A DNA stretch of 32,000 nt from an uncultured archaeon (GTDB taxonomy: Archaea; Iainarchaeota; Iainarchaeia; Iainarchaeales; JAAZKV01). A program made the position numbers and the translations under genes. The notes under the pieces are model-generated. The model saw only the letters and a program-made list of their open reading frames with translations. It was not told the origin of the DNA and did no database searches. How positions within the stretch are numbered: the first letter of the stretch is position 1; each line of letters opens with the position of its first letter. The stretch is taken from assembly GCA_964551375.1 (NCBI GenBank), contig CAZKBG010000001.1:120001-152000 (forward strand), read 5' to 3'. Positions 17,190-26,786 of this stretch are shown one piece after another.

Positions 17190-17262
17190 AAATTGATTTT
17201 TTATTTAGAGTAAAATTTGAGTATTTGAGTTAGTAAAAATAAGGCAAATGAAGGTGTATTAT

Positions 17263-17616
17263 ATGGCAGTTCAAAGCAAAGTTTTGTCAATGAAACCCGT
17301 TACATTACACGAAGTGAAAGAAGTTCTAAAAGGCAGAAAAACTGACAAAGAACTAAATTACGAGCAGGACTTAACCTGGAAATACGTTGAAAAATTCGCT
17401 AAACTGACAGAAAAGCAGACTAATGATTTGCTTGAAGCATTAAAAGAAATTTCATTCTTAAAAGATAATGATTTGTTAAGGCACGAAATCGCAAATGTAA
17501 TACCTGCAAGGGTAGAGCAATTGCAATTAATGCTTCCAAAAGGAGTAACTCCTGCAGAAGACGAGCTAAAACAGGTTATTGAGCTCACAAAGAAGTTTGA
17601 GGAAAAGCTCGAATAA
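17263..17616 (+). CDS. rpoF: DNA-directed RNA polymerase subunit F (Rpo4)
   Basis: The pattern VTLHEVKEVL...YEQDLTWKYVEKFAKLTEKQTNDLLEAL...IANVIPARVEQLQLML parallels methanogen RpoF. Sits in the conserved L21e-rpoF-DUF655-ksgA order. ATG 17263 is preceded by AAGGTG. Confidence 0.8.
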   Translation: MAVQSKVLSMKPVTLHEVKEVLKGRKTDKELNYEQDLTWKYVEKFAKLTEKQTNDLLEALKEISFLKDNDLLRHEIANVIPARVEQLQLMLPKGVTPAEDELKQVIELTKKFEEKLE

Positions 17617-17746
17617 AGCTTTTTTTCGCTTTTCCACATCAAACAAAGGAGCGATTTTTTCAGCTAAAGAACATTATTTAAGGAGAAACAACAGAGTATA
17701 TTGATTCGGGGAATTAAGATTTTTTGGGTATTTAGGGGGAGAGATT

Positions 17747-18340
17747 ATGACTGCAGAAGAAAATGCACTGGTTTTGGATTACATGCCAAAAGGCAAGCCA
17801 AGCGCGCCAAAAACAGAGGCGTTAGCACAGGTAATTGGAAAAGATTTCTTTACTCTCCTTGAAGTAGTGCCAAAAGCAGGAATTGCGCTTAATGTTGGCG
17901 AAGAAGTTTATGTTGGAAAGGACGAGCGCCCAAAAGTAGAGCTTGTTAAGGGAAGAATTTCATTTAGAGACTTGACTTCAAATTCTCTTTCAGAGCTTGA
18001 AGAAGTAGTTACAAAAATAATCTTGGGAAATAAGGACAAGTACCTTGCTTTCTTTAATACTTCAAGAGCAATTTCGCTAAGAAGACACCAGCTTGAGCTT
18101 CTTCCAGGGATGGGCAAAAAGCACATGCTTGCAGTTCTTGATGAAAGAGAAAAAAAGCCGTTCGCATCGCTTGAAGAAATTGTTACAAGAGTAAAAGGAA
18201 CTCCAGATCCTGTAAAATCAATTGTTAAAAGAATTGTTGAAGAGCTTGAAGGTCCAGAAGACAAGCATTACATTTTTGTTCGCCCTCCAGCAGAGCCAAG
18301 GCCTGCAAGATTTGAGAGATTCGGGCCAAGACGCTTCTAA
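17747..18340 (+). CDS. DUF655-family putative nucleic-acid-binding protein (HhH-containing)
   Basis: LVLDYMPKGKPS...RISFRDLT...FFNTSRAISLRRHQLELLPGMGKKHMLAVLDEREKKPF is characteristic of the archaeal DUF655 protein found next to rpoF and ksgA. GGGGGAG lies upstream. Confidence 0.8.
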   Translation: MTAEENALVLDYMPKGKPSAPKTEALAQVIGKDFFTLLEVVPKAGIALNVGEEVYVGKDERPKVELVKGRISFRDLTSNSLSELEEVVTKIILGNKDKYLAFFNTSRAISLRRHQLELLPGMGKKHMLAVLDEREKKPFASLEEIVTRVKGTPDPVKSIVKRIVEELEGPEDKHYIFVRPPAEPRPARFERFGPRRF

Positions 18341-18382
18341 AGTTCTGGCGCAAGAAATTATTGAAGAAATTGTTGATTAGTT

Positions 18383-19276
18383 ATGACTCTATTTTCACAG
18401 CTTCAGGATTTAATGATAAAGCACCACTTCCGCCCTGAAAAGAAACTCTCCCAATTTTACTGCATTAATGAAGCGCTTCTTCAGTTTTTGGTAAACAGCG
18501 CGCAGATTGAGAAAGATGATGTAATAATTGAAGTAGGCCCGGGAACAGGATTTTTGACAAGAAAACTTTTAGATAAAGCAAAGAAGATGGGTGCAAAAGT
18601 TGTTGGAATTGAGATTGATGAAACAATGATTGATTTATTAAAAATTGAATTTGCTGAAGATATTGAAAAAGGACACCTCCAGCTGATTCATACTAACGCA
18701 TTAACCGCTGATTTTAATTTAATAGGCGCGACAAAAGTAGTTGCTCTACCTCCATATCATATTTCTTCGGATTTAGTTACTAAAGTTGCTATGACTAAAG
18801 GCTTGAAAAAATCCCTTCTTGTTCTTGACAGAGGATTTGTGGAAAAATTAACTGCATTTGAAGGCTTCACTGAATACGTTGCTCTTACAGTTTTAGTGAA
18901 TCTAAATTCAAAAGTGGAAATACTTGAAGGAAATATTTCAGCGCAGAGTTTTTTTCCCGCTCCAAACTGCCAAAGCGCGGTAGTGCAGATGGATTTTGAT
19001 GTTAAAAATAACTCAAGCGACTTTTTTACTTTTTTAAGGGAAGTATTCAGGCATAAAAACAAGGATCTTGGAAAAAGCTTAAAGCAGTCATTTATGTTCC
19101 TTTCACAGGAATTAAATTGGACGCAGAAAGACTTTGAAGCAAAACTTGCCACGCTAAAACTGGCAAAAAAGAAAGTGTATCTTCTTACTCCGCAGGAATT
19201 TTTGCAAGTGTTTGAGCACTTCAATACCCCGTTAGTAAAAACTTCTAAGACTTCAAAAAAATCTGTTAAAAAGTAG
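18383..19276 (+). CDS. ksgA: 16S rRNA (adenine-N6,N6)-dimethyltransferase KsgA/Dim1
   Basis: Q.FC.NEALL, VIIEVGPGTGFLTRKLL (SAM motif), LPPYHISSDLV, FFPAPNCQSAVV blocks. Confidence 0.85.
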   Translation: MTLFSQLQDLMIKHHFRPEKKLSQFYCINEALLQFLVNSAQIEKDDVIIEVGPGTGFLTRKLLDKAKKMGAKVVGIEIDETMIDLLKIEFAEDIEKGHLQLIHTNALTADFNLIGATKVVALPPYHISSDLVTKVAMTKGLKKSLLVLDRGFVEKLTAFEGFTEYVALTVLVNLNSKVEILEGNISAQSFFPAPNCQSAVVQMDFDVKNNSSDFFTFLREVFRHKNKDLGKSLKQSFMFLSQELNWTQKDFEAKLATLKLAKKKVYLLTPQEFLQVFEHFNTPLVKTSKTSKKSVKK

Positions 19277-19288
19277 TTGGCTGATTTG

Positions 19289-20809
19289 TTACCTGATTGT
19301 TTGAAGTATAATTCTTTTGAATCTAAAAGGCAGTTGTTTTAGCGCGTACTGTTCAGCAACTTTTAATTTCTCTGCATTTTCAGCGTAAATAGTCATTAAC
19401 GGCTCCCCTTCTCTAATCTTCTCTCCGACTAATTTGTGCAGCATTACTCCCGCTGTAGGATTTGCTGGGGCTCCTGAAAGCCTTGCAATTTTTGTGATTA
19501 TTTTAATATTAACTTCTTCAAGTATTCCTTCAGTTCCGGCTTTGAACTCTTTCTTTAGTTTTGAGAGTTTGATTTCATCGCTTGAGTAAATCCATCCATC
19601 CTGGGCTTTTATTATTTCCTTCATTTTCTTTAATGCTTTTCCTGATTGCAAAATATGAAGCGCCATTTCATACCCGTGAGCCGGCTTTGCTTTTCCAACC
19701 ATTTCAAGAAGCGCTCCTGCAAGCTCGCAGCTTTTCTGGGCCAAATTATCAAATCTTTTTCCCTCAAGAACTTCAAGCGCATATTTTGCCTCAAGCGCGG
19801 GGCCAAAAGCCAGCCCGCTTGGCTCTTCGCCGTCAGTAATAACCGCTTCAACATGCATTCCGACTTCTTTTCCAACCTGAACAAATTTCTTTGCCATTCT
19901 AAGCGCAGTTTCCTTATCCTTTATTTTTACATATTTTCCAACAGGCAAATCAATTACAACAAATTTGCTTCCAACGCTTGCTTTTTTTGCCAATACTGAA
20001 GCAATTACCTGCCCTTCAGGGTCAAGAGAAAGAGGGTGCTCGATTTTAATTATTTTATCATCCGCAGGAGCCAAGTCAACCGCTCCGCCCCAAGCTATTA
20101 CTCCACCGACTTTTTCAGTGATGTGCCTAATTTTTTCCATCGACATTGAAACATTTGCAATAACTTCCATTGAATCAGCAGTTCCTGCCGCTGAAGTAAT
20201 GCTCCTTGAGCTGGTTTTTGGCATCCAAAGTCCAGTTGAGGCAACTATTGGAACAATTATCATAGTGGCTCTTCCGTTAGTTCCGCCAACGCTGTGCTTA
20301 TCAACTACAATTCCTTTCTTAAAAGCCATTTTGTTTCCGTCAGCAATCAAAGCCTTAGTCATTGCAATTGTTTCTTCAAGATCAAGCCCTCTCATGAACA
20401 CCGCGCTTACAAAAGCAGTTGCTTCTATTTCGCTTAATCTGTCATCCGCAATATCTCTTACAACAATATCAATTTCCGAATTAGTTAATTTTTCTCCAGT
20501 CATTTTTTTCCTGATTAAATCAACGCTCTTAAGTGGTTCTGTTGCTTTTGCGGAAATTTGGCAGCCGTTTTTGCATTTTAATTTTTCAAGCGCTTCTTCA
20601 TATACTCCAATTTGCCCTTTTTTTATCGCGTGATGAGTTACATCAACAATTGCAACGCACTTTTTTTTGGTTTTGCTGTTTTCAAGCTCCACCCTCTCGC
20701 CTGTGAATACTCCAAGATCCTTCGCATCCTCTTCATGAAGAATAACAATTATTTTTCCTGTTTGTATTGGGAAAGCTCTGACAGTTAAATTGTGAATGTA
20801 TCCGTCCAT
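19289..20809 (-). CDS. AMP phosphorylase (archaeal thymidine-phosphorylase family, DeoA-like)
   Basis: 506 aa with the AMPpase-specific N-terminal domain (ILHEEDAKDLGVFTGERVEL) ahead of the glycosyl-transferase family 3 core (DKHSVGGTNGRATMIIVPIVAS). Confidence 0.8.
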   Translation of the reverse strand: MDGYIHNLTVRAFPIQTGKIIVILHEEDAKDLGVFTGERVELENSKTKKKCVAIVDVTHHAIKKGQIGVYEEALEKLKCKNGCQISAKATEPLKSVDLIRKKMTGEKLTNSEIDIVVRDIADDRLSEIEATAFVSAVFMRGLDLEETIAMTKALIADGNKMAFKKGIVVDKHSVGGTNGRATMIIVPIVASTGLWMPKTSSRSITSAAGTADSMEVIANVSMSMEKIRHITEKVGGVIAWGGAVDLAPADDKIIKIEHPLSLDPEGQVIASVLAKKASVGSKFVVIDLPVGKYVKIKDKETALRMAKKFVQVGKEVGMHVEAVITDGEEPSGLAFGPALEAKYALEVLEGKRFDNLAQKSCELAGALLEMVGKAKPAHGYEMALHILQSGKALKKMKEIIKAQDGWIYSSDEIKLSKLKKEFKAGTEGILEEVNIKIITKIARLSGAPANPTAGVMLHKLVGEKIREGEPLMTIYAENAEKLKVAEQYALKQLPFRFKRIILQTIR

Positions 20810-20872
20810 TTGCTAAAACCTTTAATGACAGAATAACACGAAAGTGGTATTTAAGCGTTCCTAATAAAATTT

Positions 20873-20912
20873 GAAAAGAAAAAAAACACAATAATTATGT
20901 CCCAGATTGTGT
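20873..20912 (-). terminator. hairpin plus T-run downstream of tyrS
   Basis: On the minus strand, ACACAAT/ATTGTGT stem (20886-20892 / 20906-20912) followed by TTTTTTTTCTTTTC. Confidence 0.5.
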
Positions 20913-20919
20913 GTTTTGT

Positions 20920-21948
20920 TTATTTTTTTGGATAAGCTTCGCTGATAAGTTTCTCTTTTCCAGCCATTTCTTTTCTAATTGTTTCAAGAAGAGAATTAAT
21001 TTCCTTTGCAACAGCAGTTTTCAAATCCATCGGGTGAAGCTTGCCCTCAATATACGCTTTCTCAAGCTCTGCATATGACTTAAACGAAACATTTCCTCCG
21101 AATTTTTCAGGGCGCTCAATATCAAGCGTCTTTTTATCATCCTGCTTAAGAACCATTGTCACATACTTTGCAAAAGCAAGAACTCCATTATTTTCAACCT
21201 CTTTTTCAGGGCAGAAAGCCTTGTTCAATTTCTTTTTAACATCATCAAAACTGTCAATTAAATCAATTTTTGAATTAGGGTCTGAGGAGGACATTTTTCC
21301 CGACGCACTTAATCCAGGAATTAAAGGAGTCATGAATTCAATTCTTGGCTTATATCCTATTTGAGGGAGATTTTCTCTTGCGTAAACAAGTATTTTTCTC
21401 TGGTCAAGCCCGCCGTACTGAACATCCACGCCGAGATATTCTTCATCAAGCGCCTGCATTAAGGGATAAATTAATCCGGAAAGCTTTGGATTGTCGCCGA
21501 ATTTTACAACATCGCTTGCGGCTTTCTTTGCATCATTAATTGAAGTGAAAGTCGAAAGCTTCATCAAATCAAGAACATATTCCCGCTTAAGCTGAAAATC
21601 AGAGCCCTTAACTATTTCAAAATTGCTTAAATCCGCTCCAATGCTTTTTAGCATTCCCCTAATCACAAGCCCGTAATAGTCATATCTCTTTTCAAGAAGA
21701 GGCCATGGGGTATTGTCAAGAGCCCCGTGCAAATCTGCGAGTAGTAACTTTACTTTAAATCCTGCTTTAAGAAAATCCTTTAGCTTAATCGCCCAGACTA
21801 AATATCCGACATGAGGCCTTCCTGTTATTGAAGTTCCAAGATAAACAACGGGCTGCTTTTTTGTCTCAACAAGTTTTCTAAGCTCATCAGTTGTAATAAT
21901 TTCTTGAGTATTTCTTGTGATGATTGCCAGTTTTTCTTCAGTATTCAT
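20920..21948 (-). CDS. tyrS: tyrosyl-tRNA synthetase, archaeal type
   Basis: HIGH-like GRPHVGY and KMSKS-like GKMSSSDPNSKI. The C-terminus RPEKFGGNVSFKSYAELEKAYIEGKLHPMDLKTAVAKEI closely parallels M. jannaschii TyrRS. Confidence 0.9.
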   Translation of the reverse strand: MNTEEKLAIITRNTQEIITTDELRKLVETKKQPVVYLGTSITGRPHVGYLVWAIKLKDFLKAGFKVKLLLADLHGALDNTPWPLLEKRYDYYGLVIRGMLKSIGADLSNFEIVKGSDFQLKREYVLDLMKLSTFTSINDAKKAASDVVKFGDNPKLSGLIYPLMQALDEEYLGVDVQYGGLDQRKILVYARENLPQIGYKPRIEFMTPLIPGLSASGKMSSSDPNSKIDLIDSFDDVKKKLNKAFCPEKEVENNGVLAFAKYVTMVLKQDDKKTLDIERPEKFGGNVSFKSYAELEKAYIEGKLHPMDLKTAVAKEINSLLETIRKEMAGKEKLISEAYPKK

Positions 21949-21981
21949 AAAATCAATTAATCAATTGTTTTTCAAAACTCT

Positions 21982-22470
21982 TTATATTACTTTTCGGCGG
22001 TAAGCAAATGAGAGTTTGTTGTATTCTTCGGTATTATACACACAAATGCCCTCTTTGTGCCATAAAACAAACTCCTTAATTCCTGCATCAAGAGCGAGTT
22101 TGCTGCAAATAGTGCAAAATGGCTCTCCTGCAAAAAGCATGTTGTTTTCCAAATCAAGCCTGATAAAGTAAAGCCTTGAGCCAGAGAGTTCAGCAGGTTT
22201 GTTTTTTAGCGCATTCATTATTGCCCTTTCTTCAGCATGAACACAGCAAGACCTGTCTGATTTGAAATCTTTTGGAATTGAATCCTTAAAGCATTCCTTA
22301 ATTGACTCGTCCTTTGGAGGAGAATTCCATCCGCTTCCGATTATTTTATTATCTTTTACAATAATTGAACCGCACTTTGAGCGGAGGCACTTTGATTTTT
22401 TAGCCGTTTCAATTGCGAGCTGCATCATTTTTTTAGCTTCTTCATTTTCTTTGCCTTTAAGAAACTGCAT
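21982..22470 (-). CDS. dCMP / cytidine-deoxycytidylate deaminase family zinc enzyme
   Basis: CVHAEERAI (H-A-E zinc/catalytic motif) and PFCTICSKL (PCxxC). Confidence 0.8.
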   Translation of the reverse strand: MQFLKGKENEEAKKMMQLAIETAKKSKCLRSKCGSIIVKDNKIIGSGWNSPPKDESIKECFKDSIPKDFKSDRSCCVHAEERAIMNALKNKPAELSGSRLYFIRLDLENNMLFAGEPFCTICSKLALDAGIKEFVLWHKEGICVYNTEEYNKLSFAYRRKVI

Positions 22471-22524
22471 AACAATAATTGTTCAAATTTTCGTAGCTAA
22501 TTTGTGTTAAGTTATTCTTTTGAT

Positions 22525-23457
22525 TTAAAGTTTCAAGAAATCTTCATGATGTTTTTCAAGCTGAAGCTTTCTATAAAGAACCGCGCTGAACTGCTGCGGA
22601 GGGAATACTCCAAGTTCGCTGATAATTCCTTCAATGTACTTTGAATCAGTTCTGTCAAATGCGGGGTTAAGAACTTTTACTTTTCCTCTTAATTTTTTAT
22701 CCCACACTTCATCAGCATCTCTTTGCTCAATAGGCTCTGCTTTTCCAAAAAAACTTGCGGGCTCAAATTTGTGGCTTGAAGCGCATACATAATGCAAAAC
22801 TTCATACCTTTTGCAAGCAGTGCTGATTAAGTTTGTTCCGATTTTGTTTATTACGTCCCCGTCTGCAAGGATTGCATCAGCTCCTGTGAATAAATAATCA
22901 CAATCTTTCATAATGGTTGAAGACGCGTTATCAACAATTAACGTTGCGTTAATTCCTGCTTTAGTTAAATCGCTCACAGTCATTCTTCCCTGATAAAGAG
23001 GGCGGGCTTCGCAGCAATAAACTTTGTCAATTTTTTTCTTTGCCTTAATTAAAGTTTCAACAACAGAGCTTGAATGGCAGTGGGTGATTATGGTTGAATG
23101 AGAGTCAATTAATTCAGCTCCGAATTCAGCAATTCTTCTCAATGATTTCTGCCTGTCATTTTCATAATTTTCAGCGGTTTCGATAATTTTTTGTTTCATT
23201 TGCGAAATGCTCATTCCTTCCCTTGAAATGCTTTTTTTAATAATTCTTAACGCAGTTCTAAGCTCGGGCTCTGTGGGTCTTGCGTAAAACAATGCCCTTG
23301 CATTTTCCAAAAATTCTTTTCTAAACTCTCTGTCATTTTTTGTTTTGCTTTCTTCGCTTGCTCTCACAAGAGCTTCAACAGATTTTTTTCGCACATTAGT
23401 CGCGCCCTGAATTTTAAGCGATTTAATATCCCTAACCGTGTTTTTTACAATATCCAT
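22525..23457 (-). CDS. ribose-1,5-bisphosphate isomerase (eIF-2B alpha/beta/delta-like family)
   Basis: IKSLKIQGATNV, IITHCHSSSV (active-site Cys region), FTGADAILADGDVINKIGT (Asp region). AMP phosphorylase nearby favours R15P isomerase over MTR-1-P isomerase. Start ambiguous (ATG 23457 or GTG 23475). Confidence 0.7.
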   Translation of the reverse strand: MDIVKNTVRDIKSLKIQGATNVRKKSVEALVRASEESKTKNDREFRKEFLENARALFYARPTEPELRTALRIIKKSISREGMSISQMKQKIIETAENYENDRQKSLRRIAEFGAELIDSHSTIITHCHSSSVVETLIKAKKKIDKVYCCEARPLYQGRMTVSDLTKAGINATLIVDNASSTIMKDCDYLFTGADAILADGDVINKIGTNLISTACKRYEVLHYVCASSHKFEPASFFGKAEPIEQRDADEVWDKKLRGKVKVLNPAFDRTDSKYIEGIISELGVFPPQQFSAVLYRKLQLEKHHEDFLKL

Positions 23458-23560
23458 AACACTGCCTAATATCACTTCAGATAAGTTTTTCCTAGTATTA
23501 ATACTTTTGTCGGCATTTTATAGCCTGCAAGTTTTTGATAAAGCCCCCCTTCAAGTTATG

Positions 23561-23568
23561 TTTATATA
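23561..23568 (+). promoter_or_regulatory. TATA box (TTTATATA) for the small membrane protein gene / ftsZ region
   Basis: Consensus archaeal TATA ~33 nt upstream of ATG 23598. Confidence 0.5.
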
Positions 23569-23597
23569 TGAGTTTTCTCATTCTCTTCTTGATTTAA

Positions 23598-23891
23598 ATG
23601 CCTAATGAATGTAAGGGAACATGCATATTGTCTTTAGCGCTTGGAATTGCAAATTTGATAATTCCTTTTGGGGCAATTCATATTGCCACTTTTATGGGGC
23701 ACAGCGAAATTGCAACATTTAACGGCAATATGCTAATGATTTTGTCCCTTCTGATTATAGTATTTTTGGCAGTGAACTGCATCGGGCACATGAATAACCG
23801 GAATAATCGCTACTTTTTCATTACAGCAATAATGCTTGTAGTTAACTTGCTTGTTTTTGTATTCAACTTTGCTACTTTTATAACCATTTAA
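23598..23891 (+). CDS. small 3-TM membrane protein (hypothetical)
   Basis: 97-aa ORF with three hydrophobic helices. A canonical TTTATATA box at 23561-23568 would make the mRNA nearly leaderless. Confidence 0.45.
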   Translation: MPNECKGTCILSLALGIANLIIPFGAIHIATFMGHSEIATFNGNMLMILSLLIIVFLAVNCIGHMNNRNNRYFFITAIMLVVNLLVFVFNFATFITI

Positions 23892-23998
23892 ATTGGGACT
23901 TTTGCGGGCCAGCTTTCAAACAAGGTTTTTAAATGAGTTGTTTAGGTATTTGTATTAGTAGTTACTTTTACCAATAAGCATAGGATGGGTGTGTATTG

Positions 23999-25210
23999 AT
24001 GGATCATATTGTTAGAAGCGCAATTGTAAGAGCACAGGCTGAATTGAAAAATAATAGAGTGAATGCGCAGCAGCCAAAGAAATTCACTGCTATGGCAAAA
24101 GCGCCGGTTGCAGAAAAAAAAGACAGTAGACCTGAAAAAGGAAAAAAGAAACCACACTCAGATTCTGACAATGATTTAATTGAAATGCTCGAACATAATA
24201 GAGCAAAAATATTTGTAATAGGATGCGGAGGGGGAGGAAGCAACACCATTGAAAGAATGGCTGAAGTTGGAATTGCTGGAGCAACAACACTTGCTCTTAA
24301 CACCGACGCGCAGGACTTGCTTACAACAAAATCAGACAAGAAAATTTTGATTGGTAAAAAATTAACAAGAGGGCTTGGAGCAGGAAGCGACCCGCAGATT
24401 GGGGAAAGCGCTGCAAGAGAATCAAGCGATGAAATTAATGAAACTTTAAAAGGAGCGGATTTAGTTTTCATAACATGCGGATTAGGTGGAGGAACAGGAA
24501 CAGGCTCAGCTCCGGTAGCAGCAGAATTTGCTAAATCACTAAAAGCATTAACAGTTGCGGTAGTAACTTTGCCTTTCACAGTTGAAGGAAAAAAGAGAAT
24601 GGAAAACGCAATGTACGGACTTGAAAGACTTCAAGAACACACTGATACAATAATTGTAATACCAAACGACAAGATTTTGGAAATCGCTCCAGATCTTCCA
24701 ATTAACGCGGCATTCAAAGTTGCTGATGAAGTTTTAACAAACGCAGTAAAAGGAATAACAGAAATGGTTACAAAGCCAGGACTGATTAACCTTGACTTTG
24801 CGGACCTTAGAACAATACTTGCACGCGGAGGAGCGGCAATGATTGGGCTGGGCGAATCAACAAGAGGAGAATCAAGCGAATCAAGAGCTCTTGAAGCAGT
24901 TGAAAACGCATTAACAAGCCCGCTCTTAGATGTTGATATTTCAGGAGCAAACAGAGCTCTAGTAAATGTAACAGGCGGAACAGACATGACGCTTCGCGAA
25001 GCAGAATTAATTGTAGAAACCGTTTCAACAAAAATACATTCTTCAAGCCACATAATTTGGGGAGCTATGGTTGACGAAACACTTCCAAAGAATCATATCC
25101 AGGCAATGGTTGTAATAGCAGGCGGAAGATTCCCATACCTTGAAGGCGGAACAAAGAACTCAAAGCACAAAGGCGAAGAAAATATTGATTTGGGAATAGA
25201 ATTCACTTAA
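23999..25210 (+). CDS. ftsZ: cell division GTPase FtsZ
   Basis: [29 protein letters not shown], tubulin signature [23 protein letters not shown] 23999 is preceded by GGGTG. Confidence 0.93.
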   Translation: MDHIVRSAIVRAQAELKNNRVNAQQPKKFTAMAKAPVAEKKDSRPEKGKKKPHSDSDNDLIEMLEHNRAKIFVIGCGGGGSNTIERMAEVGIAGATTLALNTDAQDLLTTKSDKKILIGKKLTRGLGAGSDPQIGESAARESSDEINETLKGADLVFITCGLGGGTGTGSAPVAAEFAKSLKALTVAVVTLPFTVEGKKRMENAMYGLERLQEHTDTIIVIPNDKILEIAPDLPINAAFKVADEVLTNAVKGITEMVTKPGLINLDFADLRTILARGGAAMIGLGESTRGESSESRALEAVENALTSPLLDVDISGANRALVNVTGGTDMTLREAELIVETVSTKIHSSSHIIWGAMVDETLPKNHIQAMVVIAGGRFPYLEGGTKNSKHKGEENIDLGIEFT

Positions 25211-25258
25211 AAAATTAAAACGGCATGAACTTAAGTGTTAAACGGTAAAAATGGTGAA

Positions 25259-25447
25259 ATGATGAATATCGGGGCAATGTTAGGACAATTCTTTGACGAT
25301 TCAAAAAGAATCTTCTTAGTATCAAGAAAACCAACAATGGATGAGTACAAAAGAATGGCTCTTATTGTAGCGATTGGAATGGTGCTAATCGGAATAATAG
25401 CATTCATTGTTTATTTGTTCTTCGCTTTGACTGGAATCGGGTTTTAA
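25259..25447 (+). CDS. secE: preprotein translocase subunit SecE / Sec61-gamma
   Basis: Short tail-anchored protein: SKRIFLVSRKPTMDEYKRMALIVAIGMVLIGIIAFIVYLFF. Conserved position between ftsZ and spt5. GGTGA lies upstream. Confidence 0.8.
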   Translation: MMNIGAMLGQFFDDSKRIFLVSRKPTMDEYKRMALIVAIGMVLIGIIAFIVYLFFALTGIGF

Positions 25448-25580
25448 GCAGTTTAAGCGAGTTTAATTTGAGGGCAAAAAGCAGGTTTTTAAACCTGTCT
25501 AAGTCCTTTTATTTTAATCCTGTACTTAGCTGGGCTTAGTGATAAAGGGATTATTAAATTTGGAGTTTAAAGGTGATGAA

Positions 25581-26018
25581 ATGATTTTTCCAATAAGAAC
25601 TACTGTGGGACAGGAACAATTAGTTGTTGATATTTTGAGCGCAAAAATCACAAAAGAAGAACTTAATATTTACACAATCGGAGTAGTTCCAGGACTTAAG
25701 GGCTACATTCTAATCGAAGCCGACAACGAAGTAACAGTAAGAAGAGGAATCACAGACACACCTCACATTAAAGGCTCAGGAATTGTAAAAGGCGCAGTTA
25801 ATATTGAAGAGTTATCAAGCCTGCTTGAATCAAAGCCATTAATGAAGGCAATCCAAGAAGGACAGAAAGTTGAAATTGTATCAGGACCTTTTAAGGGAGA
25901 AAAAGCAAAAGTAACAAGAGTAAATCAGGCAAAAGAAGAAGTTACTGTTGAATTACTTGAAGCTGCAGTAAAAATCCCTGTAACAATAAAGGCTGAAAAT
26001 ATTAAAATAGTTCAGTAA
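25581..26018 (+). CDS. spt5: transcription elongation factor Spt5 (archaeal NusG)
   Basis: NGN domain MIFPIRTTVGQEQ...GYILIEAD and KOW motif VEIVSGPFKGEKAKVTRV. ATG 25581 is preceded by AGGTGATGAA. Confidence 0.88.
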   Translation: MIFPIRTTVGQEQLVVDILSAKITKEELNIYTIGVVPGLKGYILIEADNEVTVRRGITDTPHIKGSGIVKGAVNIEELSSLLESKPLMKAIQEGQKVEIVSGPFKGEKAKVTRVNQAKEEVTVELLEAAVKIPVTIKAENIKIVQ

Positions 26019-26186
26019 TTCCAGAATGGAATTACTAAATTGCTTTGGGCAAGAATTGCCCAAAAAATTATAGTTACGCGCTTTAAGCGCCCAAAAAAGC
26101 AGAGTGCTTCTAACTTTGCTTTTAAAAAAAGGGCGCGAGATGGCAAAGATAGTAAAACAAAGGACAAATAAAAAAAGGTGGATTTA

Positions 26187-26657
26187 ATGGGAGAACTAAA
26201 AGTAATGGTAGACGCAGGAAAAGCAAGCGCAGGAGCGCCGTTAGGGCCGGCACTTGGACCAACCGGAGTAAATATCGGTCAGGTTGTAGCAAAAATTAAC
26301 GAAAAAACAGCATCTTTGTCAGGAATGAAAGTTCCAGTAACAATCAAAATCAATAAAGACAAAAGCTTTGATGTTGAAGTTGGATTGCCTCCAATCAGCG
26401 CTTTGATTAAAAAAGAATCAAAAGCAGCTAAAGGAGCAGCAAATCCTAAAGTTGATGTAATGGGGAACTTAACAATAAAACAGGTTGTGTCAATTGCTCA
26501 AACTAAATTTGACAAATTGAACTCATACGAAATGAAGAAATGCGCAGCTGAAGTAATCGGCTCATGCGACTCAATGGGAGTAACTATTGAAGGCATGAAA
26601 GCAAGAGATGCTCAAAAAGCTCTTCGCGAAGGCAAATGGGACACTGAACTAAAGTAA
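26187..26657 (+). CDS. rpl11: ribosomal protein uL11
   Basis: AGKASAGAPLGPALGPTGVNIGQVV is the L11 N-terminal signature. ATG 26187 is preceded by AGGTGGA. Confidence 0.93.
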   Translation: MGELKVMVDAGKASAGAPLGPALGPTGVNIGQVVAKINEKTASLSGMKVPVTIKINKDKSFDVEVGLPPISALIKKESKAAKGAANPKVDVMGNLTIKQVVSIAQTKFDKLNSYEMKKCAAEVIGSCDSMGVTIEGMKARDAQKALREGKWDTELK

Positions 26658-26682
26658 ATAATTTCCTAAGTAAAACTAACCT

Positions 26683-26738
26683 AAAGTGAAAGCCAATTTG
26701 GCTTTTCACTTTTTCTTTTTTTTAATTTTTTTTAAGTT
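26683..26738 (+). terminator. terminator after L11: hairpin plus long T-tract
   Basis: AAAGTGAAAGCCA/TGGCTTT(T)CACTTT stem (one bulge) followed by TTTTCTTTTTTTTAATTTTTTTT. Confidence 0.7.
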
Positions 26739-26786
26739 TAAATTATCTTCATTTTTTATCTTGATTTTTGAGGCTCTTCACCTAAG

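Noticed and set aside
17358-19224. Minus-strand ORFs 17358..17642, 17908..18264 and 18757..19224
   Set aside because: Antisense to rpoF, DUF655 and ksgA. They are Ser-rich, low-complexity translations.
19965-20633. 222-aa plus-strand ORF, along with 19582..19839, 19646..19999 and 19630..19884
   Set aside because: They lie entirely inside or antisense to the well-supported AMP phosphorylase gene. The translations are low-complexity (S/I/A/L-rich) with no motifs, typical shadow ORFs of an AT-rich gene.
24004-24579. 191-aa minus-strand ORF (and 24090..24290, 24631..25053, 24807..25046) opposite ftsZ
   Set aside because: Antisense shadow of the highly conserved FtsZ reading frame. There is no start context and no recognisable domains.
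26045-26063. Hairpin TTGGGCAA-GAA-TTGCCCAA after spt5 as a relative of the tbp hairpin TTGCCCAG-ACTAG-CTGGGCAA (13385-13405)
   Set aside because: The arms are similar words in opposite order, so the two are not copies of one element on either strand. They are best treated as independent GC-core terminator-type hairpins.
26140-26187. 15-codon basic ORF (MAKIVKQRTNKKRWI) just upstream of L11
   Set aside because: A TATA-like element (CTTTTAAAAAAAGGG, about 26119-26133) would place the transcription start downstream of this ATG. There is no SD, and its stop overlaps the L11 ATG out of frame. It is more simply read as L11 leader sequence.
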